Source: an uncultured Acidobacteriota bacterium
GTDB taxonomy: Bacteria > Acidobacteriota > Terriglobia > UBA7540
Length of the DNA stretch: 64,000 nucleotides
Reading direction: 5' to 3'
Assembly: GCA_964556705.1 (NCBI GenBank)
Contig: CAZKXX010000005.1
Location: 197 to 64,196 of the forward strand
This document shows positions 29,892 to 38,979 of this stretch, one piece after another (within the stretch, counting starts at the first letter, position 1; every line of letters begins with the position of its first letter). A program made the position numbers and the translations under genes. The notes under the pieces were generated by a model. It did no database searches and was not told the DNA's origin. It was given only the letters and a program-made list of their open reading frames with translations.

Positions 29892-30395
29892 ATGACCCCT
29901 GTGCGACAGCGTCGCAGCCCTCGACTGGTGGTCCGGCTCCCCATCCGCGTCTTCGGAATCGATTATCGCGGCTTCGACTTTGTCGAAGACACGCGGACGC
30001 TGGTGGTGAACCTGCACGGGGCCAAGATTCCCCTCGAACGCCAGCTCATGCCCGAGCAGGAAATCGTGATCCAGAGCAAGACGACGAATCGCGAGTCCGT
30101 GTTCCGCGTGGTGGGCGCGGTCTCGGCGGGGGATGCGGAGGGGATTTCCTGGGGGGTCGAGTGCCTGAGTCCCGACGACAACGTCTGGGGGATTCAGTTC
30201 CCCGCCCTCGCCCCACAGGACCAGACGCAGGTCCGGCTGGAAATCGAGTGCCCACAGTGCCGGCGGCATGAGACGCTGCACATCGACGAGCGGACCGCTT
30301 CCTCCCTCTTGAGCGGCGAAGGCGTCCAGCGCGAGTGCCGCTCCTGCGGAACCGTCGTCTTGTGGAGGCCGGCCCCGGCCCCCAAGCCCGCCTGA
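29892..30395 (+). CDS. PilZ-like domain + 4-Cys zinc-ribbon protein (short paralogue)
   Basis: The ATG at 29892 gives MTPVRQRRSPRLVVRLPIRVFG...EDTRTLVVNLHGAKI...FRVVG...WGVECL...NVWGIQFP, then ECPQC-x24-CRSC. It aligns along its full length with the N-terminal halves of 31569..32405 and 42652..43491. Confidence 0.7.
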   Translation: MTPVRQRRSPRLVVRLPIRVFGIDYRGFDFVEDTRTLVVNLHGAKIPLERQLMPEQEIVIQSKTTNRESVFRVVGAVSAGDAEGISWGVECLSPDDNVWGIQFPALAPQDQTQVRLEIECPQCRRHETLHIDERTASSLLSGEGVQRECRSCGTVVLWRPAPAPKPA

Positions 30396-30399
30396 TTCC

Positions 30400-30720
30400 T
30401 TACTGTTCCCGGTAACCCAGAATGTCGGCGCGCACGCCGCGCAGGATGCGTCCCAGGTGTTCGCTTCCGCGGTCCAGCCTGACCGCCCAGGAAATGTCCT
30501 GGATGAGGATGCGGTATTTCTGGAACTCGCACTCCTCGGGCAGCAACAGCTCGTCGCTTTGGTTGATTTCCTGAAAGCGGATCTCTTTGGCTTCCAGATC
30601 CACTTCCGGCGCCACGACGCGCGCCACGACGCGGCCCTTCTGATAGATCGCGTCGGACTCGCGCCCCGCGGAGCCCGCGGCGCCGGGTTCGGAAGTCAGC
30701 TTGGCCGTCTCGTTGCTCAT
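30400..30720 (-). CDS. hypothetical protein (106 aa)
   Basis: It has a strong GC3 bias and a clean ATG and TAA. I recognised no family. Confidence 0.5.
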   Translation of the reverse strand: MSNETAKLTSEPGAAGSAGRESDAIYQKGRVVARVVAPEVDLEAKEIRFQEINQSDELLLPEECEFQKYRILIQDISWAVRLDRGSEHLGRILRGVRADILGYREQ

Positions 30721-30804
30721 CGTCGAAAAAACCTCGTGCAGGAATTGTGGGAGCGGCGTCCCCGACCAGGCCGGAGGATTCGCAAACCGTTGCGACAGGC
30801 GACG

Positions 30805-31467
30805 CTACGGCTTCTTGACGCTCACGGAGAACCCGCCGGGGCCCACGTCCAGGAACTGCGTTTCGAGTTGCGGGTGGGTCCTGACGGCCTGGATGAAATC
30901 CGCCAGCGCGTCGCGCAGGTTGCGCGTGTTGTGAGCGACGATCACTCCGCCCGGCGGGACCATCGGCAGCGTCATCTCCAGGTACTTGACGTAATCCTGT
31001 TTCCAGGCGTCGATGAAAACCACTTCGAAGGGGCCCTGCAGCCCGGGGATTTCCTTCAACGCGTCACCGTGAACGAGCGTGATGAATTTTTCGACGCCGG
31101 CCACGCGGAAATTCTCGCGCGCCAGTTGCGCGCGCGTGTCGTTGATCTCGAGCGTCGTGACGTGCCCGCCGGTGCGCCGCGCGCCCATCGCCAGCCAGAT
31201 GGTCGAATAGCCGTTCGACGTGCCGACTTCGAGGACGCGCTGGGCGTTCAACTTCACCACCTGGTCGCGCAGAAACGCGCCTTCGTTCGCATCCACATTC
31301 ATCATTCCCGTCTGGTTACGGGGCATCCACGCGAGCCGCTCGAGCGCCGGCCGGTCGAGCGCCTCGAAGTTGTCCGCGCCGGCCCGCGCGGCGAGCCCCG
31401 CCGCGAGCGCCAGCGCCATCACCGCACCGCAGCACCAAACCACCGAGCGTTTCAGAATCCGTCTCAT
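30805..31467 (-). CDS. class I SAM-dependent O-methyltransferase (family 3, caffeoyl-CoA OMT-like) with N-terminal signal peptide
   Basis: It has VLEVGTSNGYSTIWLA (SAM motif I) and VFIDAWKQDY. The N-terminus MRRILKRSVVWCCGAVMALALAAGLAARAGA looks like a signal peptide. Confidence 0.7.
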   Translation of the reverse strand: MRRILKRSVVWCCGAVMALALAAGLAARAGADNFEALDRPALERLAWMPRNQTGMMNVDANEGAFLRDQVVKLNAQRVLEVGTSNGYSTIWLAMGARRTGGHVTTLEINDTRAQLARENFRVAGVEKFITLVHGDALKEIPGLQGPFEVVFIDAWKQDYVKYLEMTLPMVPPGGVIVAHNTRNLRDALADFIQAVRTHPQLETQFLDVGPGGFSVSVKKP

Positions 31468-31568
31468 GCTTTTCCCCTCTCGCCCTGCCTGGGATGACCG
31501 ATATCCAGTTTCTCCGATTCGCGAAAATCCGGCAAGGGGGAAGCGTCCGGAAAAGGCGGCGAGCAGCC

Positions 31569-32405
31569 TCAGCCCTGGTTCGCCTCGAAGCGCACGCCGT
31601 AGAGGCGGCGCGACGAGCCGCCGATCGCCGCGCTGCGCACGATCCGGGCTGGCGTTGCGGGCGCTTTGCTTTTCTCCTCATACGGGCAGGTCACGACGAC
31701 GCCCTGGCCCACCTGGTAGGGCCTCGAACTGATGAAGCAGAGACCGCTCGGCGAGACGTTCTCCGTGTGGGCGATTTCTTCCTGGCCGTCGAAATCGCGA
31801 ACGCGCAGCGGGAGTTGAAGCGCCTCGCGCGGTTCGGCCCGCTGCTCGCGCCGCGCGATTTCCTCGCGCGCCTGCTCGAACAGGTCCGTCTCCTCGGGCG
31901 GGCCTTCCATGGCGATGCGCCGCTCCGGGTAGCCCCACGCCGTTTCGGCCGCGCAGCGCGAGCACTTGCGCGTCAGGATGCCCGCCGACCGCAGCACGTC
32001 CACTTCAATCATCGACAGCCGTTCGAGCACCACGCGCTGGCAGCCGCGGCACTCCAGCAGCGCCGTCGGCGGCATCGCCCGGTCTTCTGACGGCGGCGGA
32101 AAATCAATGTCCCAGATGTTGTCGCGCGCGCGCAGGCATTCGATGCCGTACTCGCCGCCTTCTTCCGTGAACGGAATGAGCGGGCCCACAACGCGGAACT
32201 CGGCTTCGCGGTGCGTGGCGAGGTTGACCACCGTGACCTTCTGAGAAGATTTGAGTGGACGGAAGATGCGGATGTGCGCGCCGTAACGGTTCACGTTCAA
32301 GGTGCGCGCGTCCTCGATGAAGGGAAATCCCTTCGGGTGAGTCCCCATCACCCAGAGCGGCACCGTCAGCGTGACGCGCTCCGACCGCCTCTTTTCCGCG
32401 CCCAT
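31569..32405 (-). CDS. PilZ-like + 4-Cys zinc ribbon + canonical PilZ protein
   Basis: The N-terminal domain has RRSER...NVNRYGAHI. The ribbon is ECRGC-x24-CSRC. The C-terminal domain has RAEPR...LPLRVRD...TENVSPSGL (RxxxR plus NxSxxG). Confidence 0.75.
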   Translation of the reverse strand: MGAEKRRSERVTLTVPLWVMGTHPKGFPFIEDARTLNVNRYGAHIRIFRPLKSSQKVTVVNLATHREAEFRVVGPLIPFTEEGGEYGIECLRARDNIWDIDFPPPSEDRAMPPTALLECRGCQRVVLERLSMIEVDVLRSAGILTRKCSRCAAETAWGYPERRIAMEGPPEETDLFEQAREEIARREQRAEPREALQLPLRVRDFDGQEEIAHTENVSPSGLCFISSRPYQVGQGVVVTCPYEEKSKAPATPARIVRSAAIGGSSRRLYGVRFEANQG

Positions 32406-32585
32406 CGATTCTCCGCGAAATGCTTCGTCGGCTCGGACTGAGTCTAGTCGCCGCCGAGCCGCGAAGCAAGGTGTCGGCGAAATTTCCGGGAGCGGGTTAT
32501 TCTTCTGGTTAACAAGTATTCTAAATTTCGGCCGCGCGGCGGGCCTGATCTCTAAAAACCCCTAGGTTGCCTGGAATCAACAACC

Positions 32586-32627
32586 TGGCGGCTTTCACAA
32601 CCAATATTCAATAACTTGGCGGCTTTG
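32586..32627. repeat. direct repeat TGGCGGCTTT x2 (31-nt spacing) inside a low-GC 475-bp intergenic region
   Basis: The copies aacCTGGCGGCTTTCAcaacc (32586-) and aacTTGGCGGCTTTGAtcttg (32617-) lie upstream of the minus-strand PilZ gene 31569..32405. Confidence 0.5.
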
Positions 32628-32880
32628 ATCTTGCCCCCATTTTGATGCAACGCATTGAAATGGCTCGGGATAAGAGAAATCGAAAAGTGGCACTTTTTCG
32701 TGTTTGCAAGCGTTTTGGCGCCGAGTCCTATTTTTGAAGTTTGGAAACACATATCGTCCGCGGCCCATGTTCCGCGGGAGAAACCGGAAACTCGAAATTC
32801 GAGTGGCGGCCGCGACGGCGCGCCAGCTTCCAATATCCAATTTCCAGTTTTTTTGCTGACTACGGACCAAGGACTGCGCG

Positions 32881-34083
32881 CTATTGCGGACGCTTCATCT
32901 GACTTAAGGCAGACAGGGCAGGTCGTTGGCCCCGAAGTGGAGCAAAGGGGGCAGGGCCGGTGATCCGCGCTGATTCGCCCTCCCGATCTCCGAGACGCTC
33001 TCGCAGCCAGGAGAGGATCTCTCGCACAACCGGGCCTTCATCAACGCGGCCGTTTTGACCTTTGACTGCGTCTTCGGGCCGGGAATACACGACGAAGTGA
33101 TGGTCCGTCTTGGGAATGACGACGACCCGTCCGTTGCCGGGGCGATTTTGACTAACGATTCGCGCAATCAACTCCGCGCTGCGAGCGTCTTCATACCAGT
33201 CGTATTCCGCGTAAAAAACCAGGACAGGACTGCGCACCTGGTTCCAGGCCTGCGTCCAGTTCTGATCCTGGGCTTGCTGATGGAAGGAGGCCGGCCGGCC
33301 GTAGAGCAGGTTTCCCTCCGCCCCTACGATTTTCGACCAAACGGCCCCCAGCTCCGGACTTTCGGCGGCGATCAGCAGCGGAGACTTCTTCTGGACCAGG
33401 TAAGCGAAAAGAAAGGCGGCCACGCTCTTCATCTCGTCGTTGAGCGTGTCGCCGGAGACTCCCGAGAGTTCGCGGAAGTTGCGCTCAAACACCAGCATGC
33501 GCTCAAACCAATTGCGCGCGCCCGCGCCCCAGACGATGATGCCGGCCACCTCCTGATGGGCCGCGACGAGCGGCGCGTAAGTACCCCCGATGCTGGCTCC
33601 AAAAATGACCATCTTCCCGGGGTCCACCCACTCGGATGATTTGAGCGCTTCAAGCGCCTGCACGTGGTCAGAGAGTTCGGTGCGGTAGTCGAGCGCGGAA
33701 CACGGTCCTCCTTCGCTGTCTCCCACGCCGCGCTTCTCCGTTCTCATCATGACCACGCCGGACTCCTGCGCCACCCGACGCATCATGCGGCTCCAGCCAT
33801 CCTGAGCTGAGCCCGGAAGCTCAATGGAGTCGCAGGAGAGCCACTGCACGAAGAGAATTGCGGGGAACTTGCCGCTTCGTCCCTCGGGCTTGGTCAGAAT
33901 AGTGCGCAACCGGACTCCATCGCGTGTCTTGAGAACGTCATAGACGCTGTCCAAGCCGGGTATTGTTTCCAGGGGCCGGTTGCCAGCCCTCGGCAGGTTG
34001 CCACGGAGCATGGATTCGGCCTGAGCGATCCCGGTGGAGACGAAACATACAGTGAGCAAACATCCGAGGACAAATGCCTTCAT
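32881..34083 (-). CDS. secreted alpha/beta hydrolase (S9/dienelactone hydrolase-like)
   Basis: The ATG at 34083 follows GGGAGG and gives the signal MKAFVLGCLLTVCFVSTGIAQA. The nucleophile elbow is GASIGG, and a late HH is present. Confidence 0.7.
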   Translation of the reverse strand: MKAFVLGCLLTVCFVSTGIAQAESMLRGNLPRAGNRPLETIPGLDSVYDVLKTRDGVRLRTILTKPEGRSGKFPAILFVQWLSCDSIELPGSAQDGWSRMMRRVAQESGVVMMRTEKRGVGDSEGGPCSALDYRTELSDHVQALEALKSSEWVDPGKMVIFGASIGGTYAPLVAAHQEVAGIIVWGAGARNWFERMLVFERNFRELSGVSGDTLNDEMKSVAAFLFAYLVQKKSPLLIAAESPELGAVWSKIVGAEGNLLYGRPASFHQQAQDQNWTQAWNQVRSPVLVFYAEYDWYEDARSAELIARIVSQNRPGNGRVVVIPKTDHHFVVYSRPEDAVKGQNGRVDEGPVVREILSWLRERLGDREGESARITGPAPFAPLRGQRPALSALSQMKRPQ

Positions 34084-34397
34084 GAGGGAGCACCTCCCTG
34101 GCTCTAAGACAGGATTGCAGCCCTTGGGTTGCGGGCGCCTGCGCTCTGGCAAGGTTCGTGAGTAGGCTCAAGGAGAGGAACATCATGGCCGGGGTGTTCA
34201 TTCCGGCTAAAATGTTCTTGACTCGCGGCCTTCGGGGCATAGGCTCAGTGCGGTCCATGGATTGAGCGCATCACTCCTTCCATTTGACGAAGACCGCTTG
34301 CTTTTTCTTCCCTCGATCGGGGCCGGATTCCGAGGTCAGAGGGGAGGCCCTCCAACGGGTAGGATCTCCGCAGCAGCGAAGGACTCGGGAAGAAAAA

Positions 34398-34991
34398 ATG
34401 GCGCATGACCGTCTTATGAGCGTGAGCCCGGACCAGGCTCTACAACTGCAGCCCGACCTCATCGAGGCATGCCGCCGAGGCGAGCGGGAGGCCATTCGTG
34501 TGTTTTATGATGCGTACAAGGATGGGGTGTTTTCGCTCGCGTACCACATCCTGGGGGACGCGGCCTCTGCCGGGGACGTCACCCAGCAGGTTTTTCTGAA
34601 GGTCTTCTCGCGCATCGGGCAGTATCGCGGCGATGGAAGCTTTTCGGCCTGGCTTCACCGCCTGGTCGTCAACGAATGCCTGGATGAGCGACGGTCCCGG
34701 CGCCGGTTCGTCTCCCTGGAGATCGGCGCGGCGGACGGCGAGATTCCGGTCGAGAGTTCCCAGGAGCGAAATTACCTTAAGGGACAGCTCGCCGCGGCGG
34801 TCCACGCAGCCCTCGCCCAGCTCAAGCCGGAGTTCCGCGCGCCGGTCGCGCTGCGTTATCTCAAGGGGCTCTCTTACGAGGAAATCGGCAGTGTACTCGG
34901 CTGTTCGAGCGGCACTGTAGCCTCCCGGCTGAACCGGGCGCATAAGATGCTGGCCAAGAAGCTCGCGCCGTGGCGCGGGATGCTGGGGTGA
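34398..34991 (+). CDS. ECF (group IV) sigma-70 factor
   Basis: Region 2 reads FYDAYKDGVFSLAYHILGD...DVTQQVFLKVF...FSAWLHRLVVNECLD. Region 4 reads LRYLKGLSYEEIGSVLGCSSGTVASRLNRA. Confidence 0.85.
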   Translation: MAHDRLMSVSPDQALQLQPDLIEACRRGEREAIRVFYDAYKDGVFSLAYHILGDAASAGDVTQQVFLKVFSRIGQYRGDGSFSAWLHRLVVNECLDERRSRRRFVSLEIGAADGEIPVESSQERNYLKGQLAAAVHAALAQLKPEFRAPVALRYLKGLSYEEIGSVLGCSSGTVASRLNRAHKMLAKKLAPWRGMLG

Positions 34992-34999
34992 GGATCAAC

Positions 35000-35881
35000 A
35001 TGCTTTGGAGTCACGTTCGCAAAGACCTTTCGGCGTATTGCGAAGGGCAGCTTCCGGCGGACTCGGCGCGGCGCGTGGCCGAGCACCTCAAGCGCTGCGA
35101 CCAGTGCCGCCGTGAATGCGAAGAGGTCCGGCTCGGCATCGCCTTCGCCCGCCAACTGCGGCCCGCCAATGCGCCTGAGGCGCTCTGGGCCGAGATCGAA
35201 TCGAAGCTCAATGCCGAAGATTCGACCCGGTCAGATGGGCACCCGGCCGCACGCGCTGCGCTCGCCTTCTGGAAACCCGCCGTGGTCGTGGCGGCGGCCC
35301 TGCTCGTTGCGCTGGCGGTGCTGATGGCCCGGCGGCCCTCGCCCATCGCGCCCCGCACGGTGGCGCCCCCGGTTTTTCTCGACCTCGGCGACTATCTGCG
35401 ACCCCTGCAAGCCGCGAGCAGCGACGCCAGCCGGCAAGCGGTCCTCAGTGCGCCGCCGCGCTTCGCGCCGCAGGAGTTGCCTGCAGTGTTGCGCGCGGCG
35501 GGCCTTCGCGAGGCTCAAATCTCCGCCCTGCCGGAGTTCCGCCTGGCCGCCCACCGGGCCGCAAAGCTGGAAGGTATGGAAATTGTCCAGCTCGTTTACA
35601 CGCGCGATGATGAGGCGTTCTCGGTCTTCGTCGCGCCTGACCGTGTAACCTTCGGCTTTGGAAGGGAATCGGCCGTGGAAGCCCTCGTAGGCGGTATTCG
35701 CTGTCTGAAAGTCGATTGCCCCAAGCAGGAAACCTACGCCTTCACTGAGGCCGGTTTCCGCTGCGTGCTGGTTTCGAAATCGCTCGACGCCGAGCGCGCC
35801 GTCGCCATCATCAAGCACTTCATGACCGCGCAGCGGCCGGAGGGTTCAAGGGGCCGCCACGGGCGCGGCGGCAATTCCTGA
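35000..35881 (+). CDS. anti-sigma factor (zf-HC2, single TM)
   Basis: It has HLKRCDQCRRECEE, the TM segment VVVAAALLVALAVLMA, and it lies immediately downstream of the ECF sigma gene. Confidence 0.7.
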   Translation: MLWSHVRKDLSAYCEGQLPADSARRVAEHLKRCDQCRRECEEVRLGIAFARQLRPANAPEALWAEIESKLNAEDSTRSDGHPAARAALAFWKPAVVVAAALLVALAVLMARRPSPIAPRTVAPPVFLDLGDYLRPLQAASSDASRQAVLSAPPRFAPQELPAVLRAAGLREAQISALPEFRLAAHRAAKLEGMEIVQLVYTRDDEAFSVFVAPDRVTFGFGRESAVEALVGGIRCLKVDCPKQETYAFTEAGFRCVLVSKSLDAERAVAIIKHFMTAQRPEGSRGRHGRGGNS

Positions 35882-35976
35882 TGGACAGGGAAAAATTCGG
35901 CGAGGGCGCGGCTCAACTCAGGCCGCACCAACCGGCGTTTCCGGAGAATCGCCGGGCGCGTCAACGAAACCGCAAT

Positions 35977-36267
35977 CTAATTCATCCGTTCAAGGCCGGC
36001 TTCGGTGGGCCGCTGCGCGCCCGCCGTGCGCACCCATACGACGCGGTAATCCCCGAAAGGCGTTTCGCCCCAGGGACAAACCACAGACACCGATTGTCCG
36101 GTTTTCAGCGCTGTCCCCGTCTGGATGCGGAGACCGTGCGGCGAAAAGTCAACCGTGGAAGCCACCTGCTCCGCAGTCCCATCGTCTGCTGTGAAGCGCA
36201 GGGTGATGGGAAGCCTGCTGGGAATTCGGCCTGAGCGGCGGTGGACTTCCTGAGCGGCGTGGGTCAT
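35977..36267 (-). CDS. single-domain PilZ protein (96 aa)
   Basis: It carries both canonical c-di-GMP-binding motifs, RRSGR...LPITLRF...VDFSPHGLRI. Confidence 0.7.
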   Translation of the reverse strand: MTHAAQEVHRRSGRIPSRLPITLRFTADDGTAEQVASTVDFSPHGLRIQTGTALKTGQSVSVVCPWGETPFGDYRVVWVRTAGAQRPTEAGLERMN

Positions 36268-36539
36268 CGAAAACCTCCTTCGATGACTGGCCAGAGAAGA
36301 CGCGTCCCCTCCCCCTAACTATACTCTCGCAACTGCAAACGTCAATAAATTGTTGAGGGGGCAAGAAATTACCGGGCGGCAGGGTTTTGCCGTGAGCCCC
36401 TTCGAAAAGCCGCGGACATTCTGTGGCCCAGGCGATCCTTCGAGAGTCGAACAGTCCGGAGTCGCATTCTCGTTGCCGGGAGCAGGATACGTGCCTATCA
36501 TGGAGAGGTCTGACAAAGGGTCATGGTGAGGTGCGGGAG

Positions 36540-37844
36540 ATGAAAAAATCCCTTTTTGTCTTGGCGACTGCGGGCTTTCTGACCGGAATTCTGAGCGCGC
36601 TGCCTGAACCGGGCGATGCTCGCGGCTCCGCGTCGGTGCCGGCGAGCGTCGAAATGGTCGTGCCGCGTGGCGAAGCGCAGTCCTACTGGCCGCGCTGGCG
36701 CGGGCCCTCGGGCCAGGGACTGGTGACAGACTCCGGCTACCCCGACCGCTGGTCGGATACCGAAAACGTCCTTTGGAAATCGCCGGTTCCCGGCCGCGGA
36801 CATTCCTCGCCCATCGTCTGGGCGGACCGCATCTTTCTGACCACGGCGTTTGAGGACGAGCGCGCCGCGGTGCTCTGCTATCGCCGCACGGACGGGAAGC
36901 TCCTGTGGCAGGCGGAAGTGCCCGACCGGACGCCCGAACGCACGTACCCGAAAAACAGCAACGCGTCGCCCACGCCTTCCACGGACGGCCGCCTGGTTTA
37001 CGCCTCGTTCGGGAACAAAGGCCTCGTCGCCGTGGATTTTGACGGCAAGGTGGTCTGGCACCGCTCGCTGGGGAAGATTGACAACTATCACGGCTCGGCG
37101 GGCTCGCCGCTGCTCTACAAGGACCGCCTCATCATCTACCAGGACCAGCGCGGCGGCGCCTTTGTGGCGGCGTTCGACACGAAAACCGGCAAGCCGCTGT
37201 GGCACACCGACCGCCGCGCGTCGGTCGGCTGGGGAACGCCCGTGGCGGTGCGCGTCGGCGACCGCGACGAAATCATCGTCAGCAGCCAGGAGCGCGTCAC
37301 CGCCTACGACCCGCAAACCGGCAAGGAACTGTGGCACTGCTCGGGAAACACGGCGGAAGTGATTCCAACGCCCGTGGTGGGGCACGGCATGGTCTTCTGT
37401 TCTTCGGGGCGCGCCGGCCCGACGCTCGCCATCCGCCCGGGCGGACGCGGCGATGTGACCGAAACGCACCTGGTGTGGCAATCGCCGCGCGGCTCGCCGT
37501 TCGTCCCCTCGCCGCTCCTTTACGGCGATTTGCTTTATCTCGTGAACGACATGGCGAGCATCGCGACCTGCCTGGATGCGAAGACGGGTGAGACGGTGTG
37601 GCAGGGGCGGCTCGGCGTGGCTCGCAAGGAGGGCTTTTCGGCTTCACCCGTGGGCGTGGACGGGAAAGTGTTCTTCACGAACGACGACGGCGAGACGTTC
37701 GTGCTCAAGGCGGGACGCGAGTTCAGCCTGCTGCACGTGAACCGTCTGAATGCAAGCGTGCTGGCTTCACCCGCGCTCGTGGACGGCAGGTGGTACTTCC
37801 GCACCGACCGCGAACTGATTGCCATCGGAAAATGTGGCGGGTAA
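36540..37844 (+). CDS. secreted PQQ-like / BamB-like beta-propeller repeat protein
   Basis: The ATG at 36540 gives a signal peptide. Repeated motifs follow (SSPIVWADRIFL, KLLWQ, GKVVWH, GKPLWH, GKELWH, GETVWQ, SPALVDGRWYF). Confidence 0.75.
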   Translation: MKKSLFVLATAGFLTGILSALPEPGDARGSASVPASVEMVVPRGEAQSYWPRWRGPSGQGLVTDSGYPDRWSDTENVLWKSPVPGRGHSSPIVWADRIFLTTAFEDERAAVLCYRRTDGKLLWQAEVPDRTPERTYPKNSNASPTPSTDGRLVYASFGNKGLVAVDFDGKVVWHRSLGKIDNYHGSAGSPLLYKDRLIIYQDQRGGAFVAAFDTKTGKPLWHTDRRASVGWGTPVAVRVGDRDEIIVSSQERVTAYDPQTGKELWHCSGNTAEVIPTPVVGHGMVFCSSGRAGPTLAIRPGGRGDVTETHLVWQSPRGSPFVPSPLLYGDLLYLVNDMASIATCLDAKTGETVWQGRLGVARKEGFSASPVGVDGKVFFTNDDGETFVLKAGREFSLLHVNRLNASVLASPALVDGRWYFRTDRELIAIGKCGG

Positions 37845-37929
37845 GAATCTCCGCGAGGTCCGCGCCACGCGAGGAGCCGAATTCGCTTGCCTGAATTTCT
37901 CGAGACGGGTCGAAGGGCTTGGCGTCCCC

Positions 37930-38007
37930 GACGGGATTTGAACCCGTGTTACCGCCGTGAAAGGGCGGTGTCCTAGGCCGGGCTAGACGACGGGGACGAC
38001 AATTTCC
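37930..38007 (-). tRNA. tRNA-Glu (anticodon TTC), CCA encoded
   Basis: The reverse complement reads gtccccg-tc-gtct-agcccggccta-ggac-a-ccgcc-ctTTCac-ggcgg-taac-acggg-ttcaaat-cccgt-cggggac-g-cca. Confidence 0.9.
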
Positions 38008-38209
38008 CATCCTAGCAGCGGCGCGCCAAAAGTGTCAAACGCTGCGAGGGCGCGCCGAGGGCCGCGAATGGGCTCGCGCCGAGCAGATTCCCCGCCGCGG
38101 CAGCTGCGCCTCCCTTGACATCCTTCCGGCGGCGTCGATAAAATTTAGAACATCTCGATAACCCAGAAGGACGGGTGCTGAGCCCGCCCGGTGAAAAGGA
38201 GGATGTCCG

Positions 38210-38518
38210 ATGCTGAGAAAGTTGGCATTGCTTACGGCAGTCAGCGGTCTGATGTTGTGGACCGCGCAGGTCAATTGGGCCATCCCCGCGCCTGGCGAGA
38301 AAACTCACTCGATGAAGGCTGAGGTGGTCTCGGTGGATACGGCTGGGAAGAAGATCACCATCAAAGACGAAAAAGGCGAGACAAAGACCGTGCCGGTGCT
38401 CGATTCGGCGGCCGCGATGCTGAAGAACTTCAAGGCCGGCGACAAGGTCACGCTGACCTGTAAGGACAGCGACAAGGGCGAGCATCAGGGCGTCAGCGAC
38501 ATCGCCAAAGCCACCTAA
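38210..38518 (+). CDS. small secreted protein (102 aa), hypothetical
   Basis: It has the signal peptide MLRKLALLTAVSGLMLWTAQVNWA and the RBS AAGGAGGA. A hairpin plus T-tract terminator follows it. Confidence 0.65.
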   Translation: MLRKLALLTAVSGLMLWTAQVNWAIPAPGEKTHSMKAEVVSVDTAGKKITIKDEKGETKTVPVLDSAAAMLKNFKAGDKVTLTCKDSDKGEHQGVSDIAKAT

Positions 38519-38544
38519 TCCCTTCCCCCTCTTGGAATCAACTA

Positions 38545-38579
38545 CCGGCTCGGGAAGCGGCGTCCCGAGACCGGCTTTT
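38545..38579 (+). terminator. rho-independent terminator
   Basis: The hairpin ccggctcggga-agcggcg-tcccgagaccgg is followed by CTTTT, 27 nt after the stop at 38518. Confidence 0.6.
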
Positions 38580-38979
38580 CCGCCTCAACCGGGAACTTTC
38601 GACGAGGCCAACTTCATGCCGGAGGGGGACGTCACGTCGCCGCCCATCACATTTTCTTCAAGTATTCGAGGTCGAAGATCAGGGCCAGCCTGGTTGGATC
38701 CTGCGTAGAAGTCTCCGTTCCCGGACAGGCACTGCGAACGTCGCAACCGCCGGCGTAACGCAGGATGAGCGTGTGGACGCGGATTCCCGATCAGACAAAG
38801 GCGGAGAGAAAACCTCGATTTGCGCACGAGGATCGGCGCGTGCCGCCAAAAGCGTCAAGAAGGTTTCCGCCTGGACACTGGCGGTTTGACGCGCGTCAGG
38901 ATTCCATCTCCGTTCCTCGCCGAGGCGCGTGCAAGGAATCAAGCCGACGAGGTCCGCAACATGGGGCGAGAAACGCGCC

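Noticed and set aside
32688-32708. A sigma-54-like element, TGGCAC-N10-TTGCA.
   Set aside because: The GG-to-GC spacing is 15 nt instead of the required 10, so it does not fit the -24/-12 geometry. The nearby TGGCGG...TTGCC (13 nt) also fails.
38580-38979. Small ORFs (38585..38827 -, 38679..39113 -, 38765..39127 +) in the 400-nt gap between the small secreted protein and the kinase stop.
   Set aside because: The translations are Arg/Pro-rich with no RBS, signal or family resemblance. The gap is probably a 3' UTR or spacer.
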